DNA from: Planctomycetota bacterium
GTDB lineage: Bacteria; Planctomycetota; PUPC01; JACPCR01
Length of the DNA: 64,000 nucleotides
Reading direction: 5' to 3'
Assembly (NCBI GenBank): GCA_016179685.1
Contig: JACPCR010000051.1
Location: 70,323 to 134,322 of the forward strand
The position numbers and the translations under genes were made by a program. Below the pieces are notes generated by a model. The model did not search any database. It worked only from the letters and a program-made list of their open reading frames with translations, and was not told the DNA's origin. Below are positions 26,866 through 38,200 of the stretch, piece after piece; position 1 is the first letter of the stretch; each line of letters starts with the position of its first letter.

Positions 26866-27585
26866 TCAAGCGGGCCTCCTCTTCTGGGCGCGCCCGATCA
26901 GATGACTGCGCGCCGTGATCCGCTGGCCGCCACGGCCCACGTGCTCGCTGAGGCCCCGGGACCGCGCCTCGTTCATCCACCGCGGCCTCGGAAGCCGCTC
27001 GAGCCAGTCCCGGGCTAGTTCCTCCGGAGAGGCATACTCCAGAATATCCGTCTCGATGCCCAGATATTCCACGTCGAAACCGGCCTGCTCCAGCAGACGG
27101 CGCAGTTCCTGGGCCTGGAACGCATAGCGTGAAGGCGCGCCCGTCTCCTGCCACTGGCCGGACTCCAGCGCGCAGAACAGAAAGCGCCCTCCCGGCCGAA
27201 GCGCCGCACACGACTTCTCGACCATGGCGGGCGAAAGGCACAAGTGCGCCGTCACCAGGTCATAGGGCTCTGAAGTCAAGAACTCCCGATAGTCCACCCG
27301 TTCCGCGTCCGCCACGAAGAAGGTGACGTTGTCCATTCCTCGTTTCGCCGTGTCCTCTTGCGCCGACTCGACCGCCTCCGCGTCGCGATCGATGCCGATC
27401 ACGTGCGCGAGCTGGGGGGCTACACGAAAGGTGAAGTCGCCCGTCCCGCACCCGAGATCGATGGCGTAGTGCCCGGGGGACGCTATGGGCTGAAACAGGG
27501 CCATCAGCGTGGGACTCATCCCACTTTCGCCATGCTCCGCATCACGCCATCCGCCCTTCCAGTGAACAATGGTCTGAAACATGTC
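26866..27585 (-). CDS. Class I SAM-dependent methyltransferase
   Basis: Motif I IDLGCGTGDF; start taken at MFQTIVHW. Confidence 0.7.
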   Translation of the reverse strand, partial: DMFQTIVHWKGGWRDAEHGESGMSPTLMALFQPIASPGHYAIDLGCGTGDFTFRVAPQLAHVIGIDRDAEAVESAQEDTAKRGMDNVTFFVADAERVDYREFLTSEPYDLVTAHLCLSPAMVEKSCAALRPGGRFLFCALESGQWQETGAPSRYAFQAQELRRLLEQAGFDVEYLGIETDILEYASPEELARDWLERLPRPRWMNEARSRGLSEHVGRGGQRITARSHLIGRAQKRRPA

Positions 27586-28249
27586 ACTCCGGTAGCCACC
27601 ACGGATGACCCGGCCGGCCCACCCCGTGCCGGGCAAGACGTTCCGCCAGCGTCAAGAGGTCCGCCCTCAAGGCCGACTCCGGTGTTTCCACCGAGAACAA
27701 CCAAACGACCAGCGCCCGGCGGGTCGCCTCCGTGATCCGCGTCCGCCGGGAATCCGAGAAGGGCCCCCCGAAAGGTCCCTGGCTGTCGGCCATCACGGGC
27801 AGGCCTCGCACAGGGACGTCGTTCCCTCGCATCGATTCCCAGCTTTCGCCCTCCAGGCCCGGCCGGAATTCCAGCGGCGGCTGAACCTTGTCCAGGTCGT
27901 ACACGCACACGGGTGCGGCCGCCTCGGCGGATACGGTGTTATTCAAGTCTACGAGATTGCAGATTCGGGGGAAAGCTGCGCCGCGCAGGATGTGGCGCAG
28001 AAACACCTCCGAGCAGGGCCGGACCTCGGAGGGATCGACTCCCAGGCGCCGGAAGAGGCTTCGGGCCTGAACGACGCCGGGCACCCCGGCCACCTCTCCT
28101 CCCCCAAAAAACTGGCGTCTCCGCCGGCAGAATTCTTCGATCTCGCGGAGGAGGCCTTCCCCGCTCGGACCCGCGGCCACCTCTTCAACCTCGAGAAGGC
28201 CGATCCGGCAGACCGGGGCATAATCCAGATGGACCGATACCGCGATCAT
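27584..28249 (-). CDS. B3/B4 tRNA-binding-domain protein (PheT B3/4-like solo domain)
   Basis: FPRICNLVDLNNTVSAEAAAPVCVYDLDKV resembles the B3/4 editing-domain core. Start from codon counting in the ORF track; my reading of the printed sequence was 1 nt out near 28200. Confidence 0.55.
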   Translation of the reverse strand: MIAVSVHLDYAPVCRIGLLEVEEVAAGPSGEGLLREIEEFCRRRRQFFGGGEVAGVPGVVQARSLFRRLGVDPSEVRPCSEVFLRHILRGAAFPRICNLVDLNNTVSAEAAAPVCVYDLDKVQPPLEFRPGLEGESWESMRGNDVPVRGLPVMADSQGPFGGPFSDSRRTRITEATRRALVVWLFSVETPESALRADLLTLAERLARHGVGRPGHPWWLPE

Positions 28250-28295
28250 GTAGAGCCGTGTCCCCCGCCACGCAGGCCATAGCGAGTAACCGATA

Positions 28296-29492
28296 TCACG
28301 GTTTCGACCCATGGTGAAGACTGGGCACGCAGACGATGGCCTGCTGCACGGGCTGGGTGGTCACCTCCGGACCCCGTTCCGTCAGATAGACGTTGATCTC
28401 GCTGCGAATGCCGAATTCGGGCAAATAGATGCCCGGCTCGATACTGAATGCGAGGCCAGGGATCAGCGGACGCGTATCGTGAGTCTCGAGATTGTCCAGA
28501 TTGACCCCGTTGCCGTGGTCTTCCTGGCCGAGGCTGTGACCCGTACGGTGCGTGAAATAATCAGCGTAGCCGGCGTCCCGGATCACGCGCCGGACCTCGT
28601 CGTCCACCTCGAAGCCCCGGAGACGCCGTCCCTCCCGCCAGCACCGTTCAATCCACTCGAAGCCACGGTCCCGGGCGGCGCGCACGACATCGAAAATCTC
28701 GCAGTGCCGCCGGGTCGGTCTCTCACCCAGAAAGGCCACCCAGGTGATGTCCGCGTAGACCGACCCAGGCGACGGGTCCTTCGCCCAGAGGTCCAGCAGA
28801 AGAAAGTCCCCAAGCCGGATACGCTGGTGGCAGGACTCGGAGGGCAGATAGTGCGGCTCCGCGGTCCTCTCGTTGACCGCCACGATGGGCGGACTGTTGC
28901 TGGTCAAGCCTTTCTGCTCGAAATGCCTCACCATCTCCTGTTGGACATCGAATTCGGTGACCTCGCGTCCTGAAGCCAGGTTCTCGGACAGGAACGCCAG
29001 GGCCCGCTGAGTGACCTCGTAGAGCGCCGCGGCAGCCCGGCGGTGGCAGGACAGGGCCTCCGGGGTCCAGCGAGCCTCCATGACCTGCACCAGTTCCGCT
29101 GAAGAGACCACGTCCGCGCCCATCGTCCGGATACGCTCGATCGTGCCCGCGTCCACTCGGGCGAGATACGGAATCTCTCCCTGGGGAGAGTACTCCATGG
29201 CCACTCGGGACCGTCCAGCGAGCATCTCCCTGAGCTTCTCCCCCAACTCTGTCCAGTTCGTGTAGACAGCCAGGTCGCCCCCCTGGCTTTCAAAAATGGA
29301 ACGTTCGATGCGGTGGCAAAGCCAACGAACACGGCCTTTGGCCGGGATCAGGCAGAACCAACGCCGCGTAATCAGCGCCTTCTCGAGGCCGGCGACTCGC
29401 CGGGCTATCGTATTGCTCCCCTGGAAATCGTAGAGCAGCCAGCCATCAAGATGAAGGTCAACGAGGCAGGACTGAATGGCATCAACGCGCAC
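28296..29492 (-). CDS. M24-family Xaa-Pro aminopeptidase / creatinase-like metallopeptidase
   Basis: Creatinase_N-like N-domain plus M24 core (HRTGHSLGQEDHG, FSIEPGIY). Confidence 0.8.
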   Translation of the reverse strand: MRVDAIQSCLVDLHLDGWLLYDFQGSNTIARRVAGLEKALITRRWFCLIPAKGRVRWLCHRIERSIFESQGGDLAVYTNWTELGEKLREMLAGRSRVAMEYSPQGEIPYLARVDAGTIERIRTMGADVVSSAELVQVMEARWTPEALSCHRRAAAALYEVTQRALAFLSENLASGREVTEFDVQQEMVRHFEQKGLTSNSPPIVAVNERTAEPHYLPSESCHQRIRLGDFLLLDLWAKDPSPGSVYADITWVAFLGERPTRRHCEIFDVVRAARDRGFEWIERCWREGRRLRGFEVDDEVRRVIRDAGYADYFTHRTGHSLGQEDHGNGVNLDNLETHDTRPLIPGLAFSIEPGIYLPEFGIRSEINVYLTERGPEVTTQPVQQAIVCVPSLHHGSKP

Positions 29493-30004
29493 TCGTTCGA
29501 CTCCGAAAAAGAGGCTTCATGGAAAGACAGTTTCGCGAGAATCAGTGCCCGCGTCAATGGAGTACGCAGTAACGCGCCTGAGCATCACGGATATTGCCTG
29601 ATTGCGGCCTGTGCGCCCCGGCATGCGTTGCTGGGCCCGCATCGTGACCGTGATTTTCCCGCGCTGTTGCGATTGGGTAGAAATCCGGGCTAGACCGGCC
29701 CTGTGAATGTATCTTCATGGAATTCGGGAACTTGTGTCATATTCCCCACGTCAAAAGAACGGGCTTGGCGCACCGATTCGGGCAGGTTGGGTTCATGCGG
29801 CCTTTGTGATACGCTGGTGTATCGAGGTGGAAATATCTGAAGCGTGATTTAGGAAAGGAATTCAGGCCCGACACCCGGCGAACGTAGGCGAAGCCCTCCC
29901 AAATTTATCCCCCTGGGAGGGACCCTCGATTCCGGGCTTCGCCGAAGTGCTTACTCGAATGTCCCGGTGGGAGCGCTTCGCTACGAAAACTCGTGAAGTG
30001 CTGA

Positions 30005-30020
30005 ATCATCATCGATGATG
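30005..30020. promoter_or_regulatory. Perfect 16-bp palindrome TCATCATCGATGATGA in the 5' region of the carbamoyltransferase operon
   Basis: Self-complementary 16-mer about 100 nt upstream of the 30124 start, inside a 630-bp intergenic region. Confidence 0.35.
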
Positions 30021-30123
30021 AAATCGGCCGGGTCCACCTCCCCGAACTTATTAAGAAGTTACGTTGTTCCTATTTTTTGGAGGCATTTCTGCCTCGAAAC
30101 ACGGACGAAGAATAGAAGTCCCT

Positions 30124-31839
30124 GTGAGTCAAGATGAATACATCCTGGGCATCTGGGACGGACACGATTCGGGCGCGGCCATGGTCCGAGGCGGCCAGAT
30201 TCTTTACGCGATCAATGAGGAACGGCTGTCGCGCCGCAAGCTCGAAGTGGGCTTCCCGAAGCGTTCCATCGAGCTGATCCTCCGGCGGCTGGACCTCAGC
30301 CCGGCCAGCGTGAAACACGTGGCGGTCTCCACCTTCGACTTCGCAAAGACGCTGACGCGTCTCTTCCCGTCCATGAAGGAGGAATATTACCTAATCCGGC
30401 GCAGGAAGAAGCGGCCCGGGGTGCTCACCTCGCTGAAGAAACGGGCGAAGTACACGCTGACGGAATGGCCGCCGAGCGGCCTGACGCGGCGCATCACGTT
30501 GCGGGTGGTGGGCCGGGAGCTCGAGCGCCTGGGATTCCGGGACTTCGAGCTGGAAACGGTGGACCACCACGAGTGCCATGCGGTGGCTGCCGCGGCCTGT
30601 TCGGGATTCGATGAGGCCGCGGTCATCACGATCGACGGGATCGGAGACGCCCTGTCGGGCACCGTCAACCTCTGGCGCAGGGGCCAGCTCGAACGCCGGA
30701 GCACGCTCTCGGGCCGGGAGTCTCTGGGAATTTTCTTCGAGCACGTGACGAACCTCTTGAACATGCGGGAACTGGAGGACGAAGGGAAAGTGATGGCGCT
30801 GGCCACCTATGCTTATCCTGTCCCGGACGAGAAGAACCCGATGCTTTCCTGGTTTCAGGTGGACGGCCTGACGGTCCATGCGCGTTACGGCGCGCACGAG
30901 ACCTATGCGAGGCTGCGGGACTTGCTCTGGCAGTATCCCTCGGAACAGTTCGCTTATATGGCCCAAAGAACCCTCGAGGTCAAGGCCGTCGAGTTCGTCC
31001 GCAAGGTGGTGAAGGACCTCGGGGTCCGGCGCGTGGCCCTGGCTGGCGGAATTTTCGCCAACATCCTGGTCAACCGGCTGATCCGGCTTTCGCCCGAAGT
31101 GGAATCCTGCTTTGTATTTCCCCACATGGGGGACGGGGGCCTGGCGCTGGGGGCCGCGATGTCCCTGAACGCCCGGCGATGCGGCGTGACGAGCTACCCG
31201 TTCCAGGATGTTTTCTTCGGCACGGACTACACGGACGAGGAGATGCAAGCCGCCCTGGCCGAGGCCGGCGTGCCCTCCGAGCGTGTCAGCGACGCCGAGC
31301 TGCCGGGCCGGGTGGCTGACCTCCTGCTGGCCGGGAAGATCGGGCTCTGGTTTCAGGGCCGGATGGAATATGGCCCGAGGGCGCTCGGGGCCCGCAGCAT
31401 CATCGCTCATCCCGGTTCGGAGAAGGCGAAGGACGAGTTGAACCTGAGGCTCAAGCGGCGCGTCTGGTATCAGCCCTTCTGCCCGAGCATGCTCGAGTCG
31501 GCCGCGGCCGAGATTTTCGAGGATTTCCGCGGCCAGCTCGACCCCTTCATGACCAACGCCTACAAGGTGAAAGAGGCGTATCGCGACCGCCTGCGCGGGG
31601 TGATCCACATCGATGGCACGTGCCGGCCGCAGATTCTGGGCCCGGCACAGCCCGCTCCGCACCTCTACCGGGAGCTGCTCGAAGAGGTGGGCCGGAGGAC
31701 CGGGTTGGCCGTGATCCTCAACACGAGCTTTAATTTGCACGGCGAGCCGCTCGTCTGTTCCCCGGCGGACTCGCTCCGCACGTTCCGTGAGACTCGGGCG
31801 GATTACCTGGTTCTGGGCAACACCCTCGCGCATGGATGA
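30124..31839 (+). CDS. NodU/CmcH-family carbamoyltransferase
   Basis: Kae1/HypF-like N-domain (ILGIWDGHDSGAAMV...AINEERLSRRK) and carbamoyltransferase C-domain. GTG start chosen; TTG at 30064 also possible. Confidence 0.75.
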   Translation: MSQDEYILGIWDGHDSGAAMVRGGQILYAINEERLSRRKLEVGFPKRSIELILRRLDLSPASVKHVAVSTFDFAKTLTRLFPSMKEEYYLIRRRKKRPGVLTSLKKRAKYTLTEWPPSGLTRRITLRVVGRELERLGFRDFELETVDHHECHAVAAAACSGFDEAAVITIDGIGDALSGTVNLWRRGQLERRSTLSGRESLGIFFEHVTNLLNMRELEDEGKVMALATYAYPVPDEKNPMLSWFQVDGLTVHARYGAHETYARLRDLLWQYPSEQFAYMAQRTLEVKAVEFVRKVVKDLGVRRVALAGGIFANILVNRLIRLSPEVESCFVFPHMGDGGLALGAAMSLNARRCGVTSYPFQDVFFGTDYTDEEMQAALAEAGVPSERVSDAELPGRVADLLLAGKIGLWFQGRMEYGPRALGARSIIAHPGSEKAKDELNLRLKRRVWYQPFCPSMLESAAAEIFEDFRGQLDPFMTNAYKVKEAYRDRLRGVIHIDGTCRPQILGPAQPAPHLYRELLEEVGRRTGLAVILNTSFNLHGEPLVCSPADSLRTFRETRADYLVLGNTLAHG

Positions 31840-33988
31840 ACTGACCGCCGCGACCGGCAAGAATCCGACGGACGCCGGCCCACCCTTGTGGGACCGCCGG
31901 GAGGTCCTGCACCCTCCGCCGCTGAACGGACTTCTGGCATTCTGGACGCTCCTGATCGCCGCGGCGTATTTCCTGCTTCTGGTGATATGGCTGGACACCA
32001 CGCCGAGCCGGGACGCGGTTCTGGCCATCTCGAGGATCGGGCCCGCGATGCTCGAGGTCAACCTCGGGATCGTCCTCGCCGCCGCCGCGCTCAACCTCGG
32101 CGGCCTCTGGGCGCTGGTCCGGTCGCTCACCCGCGGGGCGCGCCTCGGGCTCGCGCTGGTCGCCGCTGGCGGATTCCTCAGCGCCGCGCTCCTCGCCCCT
32201 CGGGTACACCGCATCTACTACGACGAGGATATCTACGGCATCATCGGACTCTCCATGGCCACCAACGGCCGCGCCATCATGCCCACGGAGGCCGAATGGA
32301 GGCTCGGCCGGTTCGTCATCCATTCCACCCCCGTGCATCCGCAGGCATCCTTCCAGGAGACTCACCTGGGGCACTACAACAAGCAGCCGAACGCGTTGCC
32401 CTTCCTCTTCAGCCTGATCTACCGGGTGTTCGGGCCGAACGAGCGGCTGTCGCACCTGGCGAACAGCGCGGCCGTCGGCGCGGCGGTATTCTTCGTGTTC
32501 CTGACGGCTTGGATGCTCTTCCGCCGGGAGAGCCTGGCGCTCTATGCGGCGATCATCTACGCCGCCATCCCGGACAACCTGCGCTGGGGGAACACCATGG
32601 CCGTCGAGCCCATGGCCTCCGCCTTCCTCGCGGGCACGGTCTTCTGCACGCTCTTCGCCTGCGTGCAGCCGAGCGCCTCCCGGCTCGTCCTCCTGGCCAG
32701 CCTGGCCGCCTTCACCGTCCAGTTCCGGCCCGAAGCGCTGATGATCGGGCTCGTCGTGCTCCTCGTCTTCGTTCTCTACCGGCCGAAGGAGTTTCTGGGC
32801 AACCGCCTCTATCTCGCGGGCCTGCTCTTCCTGGCGCTCCTACCGCACCACTGGTGTCACATCCACCTCGTCCGCGGCCATTCCTGGGGCGCGGAAGGCG
32901 AGAAATTCGCCCCGCATTTTCTCTGGACCGACGGTCGGCGCGGGGAGCCCGGCCCGACGCCGGACCCCATGCCCATCGGACTCGCCGAGGCCCTTTCCAC
33001 AGGCGAATGGCGCGACGGCAACCTCGCCAAGAATACCCGGTTCTTCTTCCGTGACCCTCTGGACCGCTTCCCGCCGCTGTATGCCTGGCTGTTCGTGCTG
33101 GGGGTGGTGGGCGGAGGCTCGTTCCTGCTCTTTGCCGACTGGAATCTGCAGCGCTTCCTGCAGACGGCCGTTGCCTTTCTCTATCGCAACGCGCCCTGGA
33201 AGGAAAAGTCCGTGCCCCTTCTCTGGTTCGGACTCTTCTGGGGCATCTTCCTCTTCTTCTATGCCGGGAGCTACTACTACGGGGCGGACGACCGCTTCTC
33301 GCTGCTCTGCTACGCACCGGCCGCTCTCATGGCCGGTGTGGGAGCGGAGACCCTCGAGCGCCTGCTCGGTCTCTTCATGCCAGCCCGGGCCTCGCGCACC
33401 CTCGTCGTCTTTGGGCTGTTGATCGTTTTCAGCCGCTACATCGGCGTCGTCCGCGACGTCGGCGAGGAAGCCTGGCTCGCCCGCGCCGACCACGACTGGG
33501 CCGTCGAAATGGCCCGGAAGCTGCCGCCCGACAGCGTCGTCTTGAGCAATAATCCGAGCATCTTCAATCTCTGTCATCTCAGCGCCGGACAAATTCGGCT
33601 CGCCAAGGACTTCCCCGAACGCGTGGATGACTATCTCCGGCGCTATCCCGATAAAGTCTTCCTCCACTGGGGGTTCTGGCAAGAGGTGGACCCAGGTCAT
33701 CGCGAGTATGGGGAAACCGGTCTGGTCCTTTTCGGGGGCAGGGAAGCCACGGAAGTGGAACGCCGGCCCGTGCGCCAGGGCACCTACACCTACAGCTTCC
33801 GGTTTCACCGCCTGTCGCCCCGGCAGGTCGCGTCCGAAGGCGGCGCGTCCGAAGGCGCCGGCGGTGATTCCTCTCTTCCGCGCCGCCCCACGACCTCTCC
33901 AACCTCGCTCCCGCGTGAAGCGGTCACGGAGGGCCCGGAGGGCCGGCGGTCCTATCTGGGACCTCCATTGCCGGACCGGCCGGAATAA
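31832..33988 (+). CDS. GT-C fold polytopic membrane glycosyltransferase (ArnT/PMT-like)
   Basis: About 12 predicted TM helices; YDEDIYGIIGL (DE motif in the first periplasmic loop); ATG overlaps the carbamoyltransferase stop by 8 nt. Confidence 0.65.
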   Translation: MDELTAATGKNPTDAGPPLWDRREVLHPPPLNGLLAFWTLLIAAAYFLLLVIWLDTTPSRDAVLAISRIGPAMLEVNLGIVLAAAALNLGGLWALVRSLTRGARLGLALVAAGGFLSAALLAPRVHRIYYDEDIYGIIGLSMATNGRAIMPTEAEWRLGRFVIHSTPVHPQASFQETHLGHYNKQPNALPFLFSLIYRVFGPNERLSHLANSAAVGAAVFFVFLTAWMLFRRESLALYAAIIYAAIPDNLRWGNTMAVEPMASAFLAGTVFCTLFACVQPSASRLVLLASLAAFTVQFRPEALMIGLVVLLVFVLYRPKEFLGNRLYLAGLLFLALLPHHWCHIHLVRGHSWGAEGEKFAPHFLWTDGRRGEPGPTPDPMPIGLAEALSTGEWRDGNLAKNTRFFFRDPLDRFPPLYAWLFVLGVVGGGSFLLFADWNLQRFLQTAVAFLYRNAPWKEKSVPLLWFGLFWGIFLFFYAGSYYYGADDRFSLLCYAPAALMAGVGAETLERLLGLFMPARASRTLVVFGLLIVFSRYIGVVRDVGEEAWLARADHDWAVEMARKLPPDSVVLSNNPSIFNLCHLSAGQIRLAKDFPERVDDYLRRYPDKVFLHWGFWQEVDPGHREYGETGLVLFGGREATEVERRPVRQGTYTYSFRFHRLSPRQVASEGGASEGAGGDSSLPRRPTTSPTSLPREAVTEGPEGRRSYLGPPLPDRPE

Positions 33989-34107
33989 GAATGCCCCGGA
34001 AGAAAGCCTACTGCCACCGCCGGTGGGGCAGGCCCCCACCGGCGGTGGCACGTATCCTGTTCTCTCGGATTCCATCTTCCTTTCACTCTCCTGAGGTCGA
34101 TCTCCCG

Positions 34108-35235
34108 ATGGATGCCCGTATCACCCGGCTCGCCCAGATTCTGCTCGAACATTCCACGCGTGTTCAGAGGGGGGAAAGGCTGCTGATCGAGATGTTCGGC
34201 CACTCGCCCATGCCTCTGCTTCTCGAGCTGGTGACCCAGGCCACGCGCCGGGGGGCGCTGGTCCACCACCACATCTACGAGAACGCCGTGCTGAGGCGTT
34301 TTCTGCACGAAGCGGACGAGCGGCAGATCGCGGACCAGGCGGTCTTCCCCCTGGCCCGGATGAAGGAGATGCAGGCCTACATCGCCATCCGGAGCGGGGA
34401 CAATGCCGCGGAGCTTTCAGACGTTCCACCGGCAAAGATGTCCGCCTACCAGAGGCTCGTCCATCATCCGGTCCACATGGAACAACGCGTCAAGCATACC
34501 CGGTGGGTGGTCATCCGATATCCCAACGCGGCCATGGCCCAGCAAGCGAACAAGCCCGCCGAGGTCTTTGAAGACTTCTTTTTCCGGGTCTGCACGATGG
34601 ACTACGGTCGGATGGCGGCGGCGATGACGCCCCTCGCCGATCGGCTGCAACGGGCGGACCGGGTGGAAATCCGGGGCCCCGGGACATCGTTGACCTTTTC
34701 CATCAGCGGGATTCCGATCGTGAAATGCGCGGGCGAGCGCAACATTCCGGACGGGGAGGTCTTCACCGCGCCGGTCCGGGATTCCATCGAAGGGACGATT
34801 CTCTTCAACGCGGGATCGCTTTACGAGGGAGTCGTCTTCAGCCGCGTCCATCTCACCTTTCGGCGGGGCCGAGTGGTCGAGGCGGATGCGCCGGAAAGCG
34901 CCGAGAAGCTCCAATCGGTGCTGGACCGTGACGAGGGCGCCCGGTACGCCGGTGAATTCTCCTTCGGCCTGAACCCCTATATCCTGGAGCCGATGAAGGA
35001 CACCCTCTTCGATGAGAAAATCGCTGGCAGCATCCACATGGCTCTCGGGTCCTGCTATGACGAGGCTTCCAATGGCAACCGGTCGGCCGTGCACTGGGAC
35101 CTCGTGCACGTCCAGCGGCCCGAATATGGCGGCGGCGAAATCTACCTGGATGGGGAACTGGTCCGCAAGGACGGGCGATTCGTGCATCCCGACTTGGAAG
35201 CCCTGAATCCGGAACGCTACACCTCGACGCCGTAA
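34108..35235 (+). CDS. M29-family aminopeptidase (AmpS/PepS/aminopeptidase T-like)
   Basis: M29 pattern (DGEVFTAP...EFSFGLNP...HWD). Confidence 0.7.
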   Translation: MDARITRLAQILLEHSTRVQRGERLLIEMFGHSPMPLLLELVTQATRRGALVHHHIYENAVLRRFLHEADERQIADQAVFPLARMKEMQAYIAIRSGDNAAELSDVPPAKMSAYQRLVHHPVHMEQRVKHTRWVVIRYPNAAMAQQANKPAEVFEDFFFRVCTMDYGRMAAAMTPLADRLQRADRVEIRGPGTSLTFSISGIPIVKCAGERNIPDGEVFTAPVRDSIEGTILFNAGSLYEGVVFSRVHLTFRRGRVVEADAPESAEKLQSVLDRDEGARYAGEFSFGLNPYILEPMKDTLFDEKIAGSIHMALGSCYDEASNGNRSAVHWDLVHVQRPEYGGGEIYLDGELVRKDGRFVHPDLEALNPERYTSTP

Positions 35236-35261
35236 GCGCTGCCGCACTCGCAGCTTCGAGG

Positions 35262-38200
35262 TTACGGTGTCCGGTAGGGCAGATGAGCGGGGCAGCTCCA
35301 GTTGCCGGCGCCGTCGCCTGCGCTCACGTGCACGTAATAGAGGCCCGGCTGGAGAGCAGCGGGCAGCGTGAAGCTCGCCTGTTGCACGACGGTCCCCTTC
35401 TCTGTCGAAGAAGCCGGCTGGTTGTCCACGAGATACCGATAGGCGGCAATCCCGCTCGGATCGGATGAGGAGCACGTGAAAGCCGGCTGGGCGGGCCCGG
35501 AACCGACAAGGGCGAAATTGTCGATGAAGTAAGGCACCCCGGCGGGCGTATAGGCATTGTAGTAATCCGCGATGGCGAGGTGGTGCACCGTATACGCCTT
35601 CGCGTTAGGCAAAGCGGCCTTCAGGAGCTGGAGAAGGTCCACCGCAGCCACGCGCCAGGTATTGTCGGGCGTGATGCCCGCGCTGCCGATATTCGTGAAA
35701 TTGGGATAGGTGGACGGGACGGTCAAGGTGATCCCACGCCAGACGTCGTTGACATAGACCATGAAATGGATGTAGGCGTTCGGAGGAATCTTGTACTCGA
35801 AGGTGATCCAAGAATACTGGGCAGCGTCGAAGGCTCGATCATTGATCATCACACCGCCGTAACCGGAGGTCATGTCGTCCGCCACCTTCAGGCAATAATC
35901 CTTCCGATCGGGATCGTAGTGCCGTGAGACGGTCGAGCCATTCTGACCGCCCCAATTCCGCCAGCTTTCGACGTCCCGTGTGAAGGACTGGAAGCAGAAG
36001 GCGGCATTGGGCGGGCCGGCGATGGATGGGGCGACGGGAGGCTCCTTGTCGCGGCTGAAGTCGATCTTCCAGGTCCACTCCTTTTGGGGCGTGACGTTGC
36101 CGGCGAAATCGGCGAAGCCGGGGAGCTGGAAGAGATAGGCGAATCCATCGGGGAGCTTGCCAGCGCAGGGTTCGAGGATCGATGGCCAGTCCCAGAGCAG
36201 CCTGCCTTCGTTCAGGTTGTAGGTGGCATTAGCGTTATCCAGGGCACTGGCCTTGCCCTGGACCGCGGCCTTGAGCGCGGAGACGTCCACGCCGCTGTCA
36301 TCGTCCTTCAGCGACAACTCGAGAAAGCGCGATTCGGGGCCCGTCGAGACCACCGAGGCCGCGGGCGGCTGGTTGTCGATGAAAAACTTGTAATGCGAAG
36401 AGGGACCCCAGTTCCCCGCGACGTCCCTGGCACGGATATGGAAATACAGGAATCCCTCCGGCAGGTGCGTGAACACGGCCTCCGGCTGAGTGCCCTCCGG
36501 CTGAATGTCGACCTCCTCGGCGGGGACGGGGCTCCACTTGAAGCTGTAATCGTGGATGCCGGAAGGATCGGTCGCCGCCCACCGGAGCGAGAGACCCGTG
36601 GCGGAGCTGACTTGGGGGAGGAAGCCGAAGTTGTCGATGTGGTAGGCATGGGCCTTGCCCAGATCCTGGTTGCCGAAGTCACCGAACATCATCCCGTAGA
36701 GAAGGAACATGGTCGGATGGAAGGCCTGGCCAGCGAACATCCGCCGGAGGTTGACCTCCACGTGCCTCCACTGGCCGTCCCGGACCACGTTGGGAATCTG
36801 GCCGGCCACCGGGTAGTCGGCGCCGTTGCCAGCAAAAATGATGTGCCGGTAGTTGCCGCCGCTCCCGGCTTGAGCCGACACGTCGATCACGAGCTCCGGA
36901 TCGAGCCGGTAGTCGAAAGTGAGGACCGGCGTCTTGCCGAGGTGTATGGGCAGGGGCGTCTGGGGCGAGTTGCCCAGTGCATTGACGGCGAAATTGCCAA
37001 TAACCAGCGGTTTGAAGACCTTCAGGCTCTGCCGGCCGGAGGCGGCGGTGGCGTCATCGAGAAAGACGCGGCTGTAGGTCAGCCCCTGCCACGATCCCGT
37101 GCTTTTCCCTTCGAAGTCCTGGAGAGGAGGATAAGTCAGCAGGACAACGGCGGAAGGCGGCGTCCGGTCCAAGGCGTGATTCATTTTCAACTTGGCCGAG
37201 AGGGATGCGGGGGCCTCGCCCGCGGTGCTGCGAAAACTGGCGGAGAACAGGATTTCCTGCCCGTCCTTGAAGGCCACCGGCAGCGGCGTGAGGTCCAGCG
37301 TGAGCCTGCGGCTGGCTGCGACATCCGTAGCGTTGAGATGTTCCGGGGCGATCTTCGCGCCGTCGATGGAAACGGCCAGCGAAGCCAGCGAAAGGTGTGC
37401 GCCTTCCTGAGATTCGAATTCGAGACACAGGGCCTCTCCGCCCCACGCGGCGGGGTCAGCAGGCGATTTCAGGGAAGCCTTCAAGGCCGGCTGCAAATAG
37501 AGAGGATAATGAATCGGCGAAGTCCAGCGCCCGTCCGGCAAGAGAGCCTGCAAGTGAAAGGTGCTGAATCCGGGTCCAAGCCCCTGCAACGTACTGGTCG
37601 GTTGGGTGACCTCCGTCCCGTGCACGGGCTGTGTGTCCGGATTCCGGTCCGCAAGATACCGGAAGGACCTGGGCTGGGGCTCGGACAAGCGGGCCCAGAG
37701 CAGGGCGGGCGGCACGCTCGCGTCCGCAGCAGTCACGATTCGAAAATTATCGATGCGGTAGGACGCTCCCATGGGGTTGCCGCCAATACCCGCACGGAGG
37801 TAGCCTTCATGGCGGTCGCCCAACAGGAGGGAGGAGAACGGAAGATTTTCCGGCAGATGGACTTGCGTCCGGACTGCGCGGGCCAGGTCGAATTGGGCCC
37901 GATGCCATTGGCCGTCTGCCCGGACGTCTTCAATACGGCCAAGCTTTTTCAAGTTTTCGTCGGACCGGTTTTCCCCGGTGAATTCGATGAAGTAGTCCTG
38001 ACCCGCCAGGTTGAGGTAGAAATTGACCCGGACCTCATGGGGGACGCAATAGTCGAAGCTGAAATCCACGACGCGGCTGGCATCCAGGACGGGGATGGGA
38101 ATCAGCGCGCCGAAATCTCCCCCGAGACTGGCATGCGTGAGCGTCAGGCACTGCTGGCCCCCGCCAGCCGAACCGGCATCGAGGGAAAGCGAAGCACCCT

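Noticed and set aside
28200-28262. Apparent frameshift in the B3/4-domain gene when I translated the printed sequence
   Set aside because: The ORF track gives an uninterrupted protein, and my reading was inconsistent by exactly 1 nt between about 28070 and 28262. This is most likely my transcription error, so no pseudogene is called.
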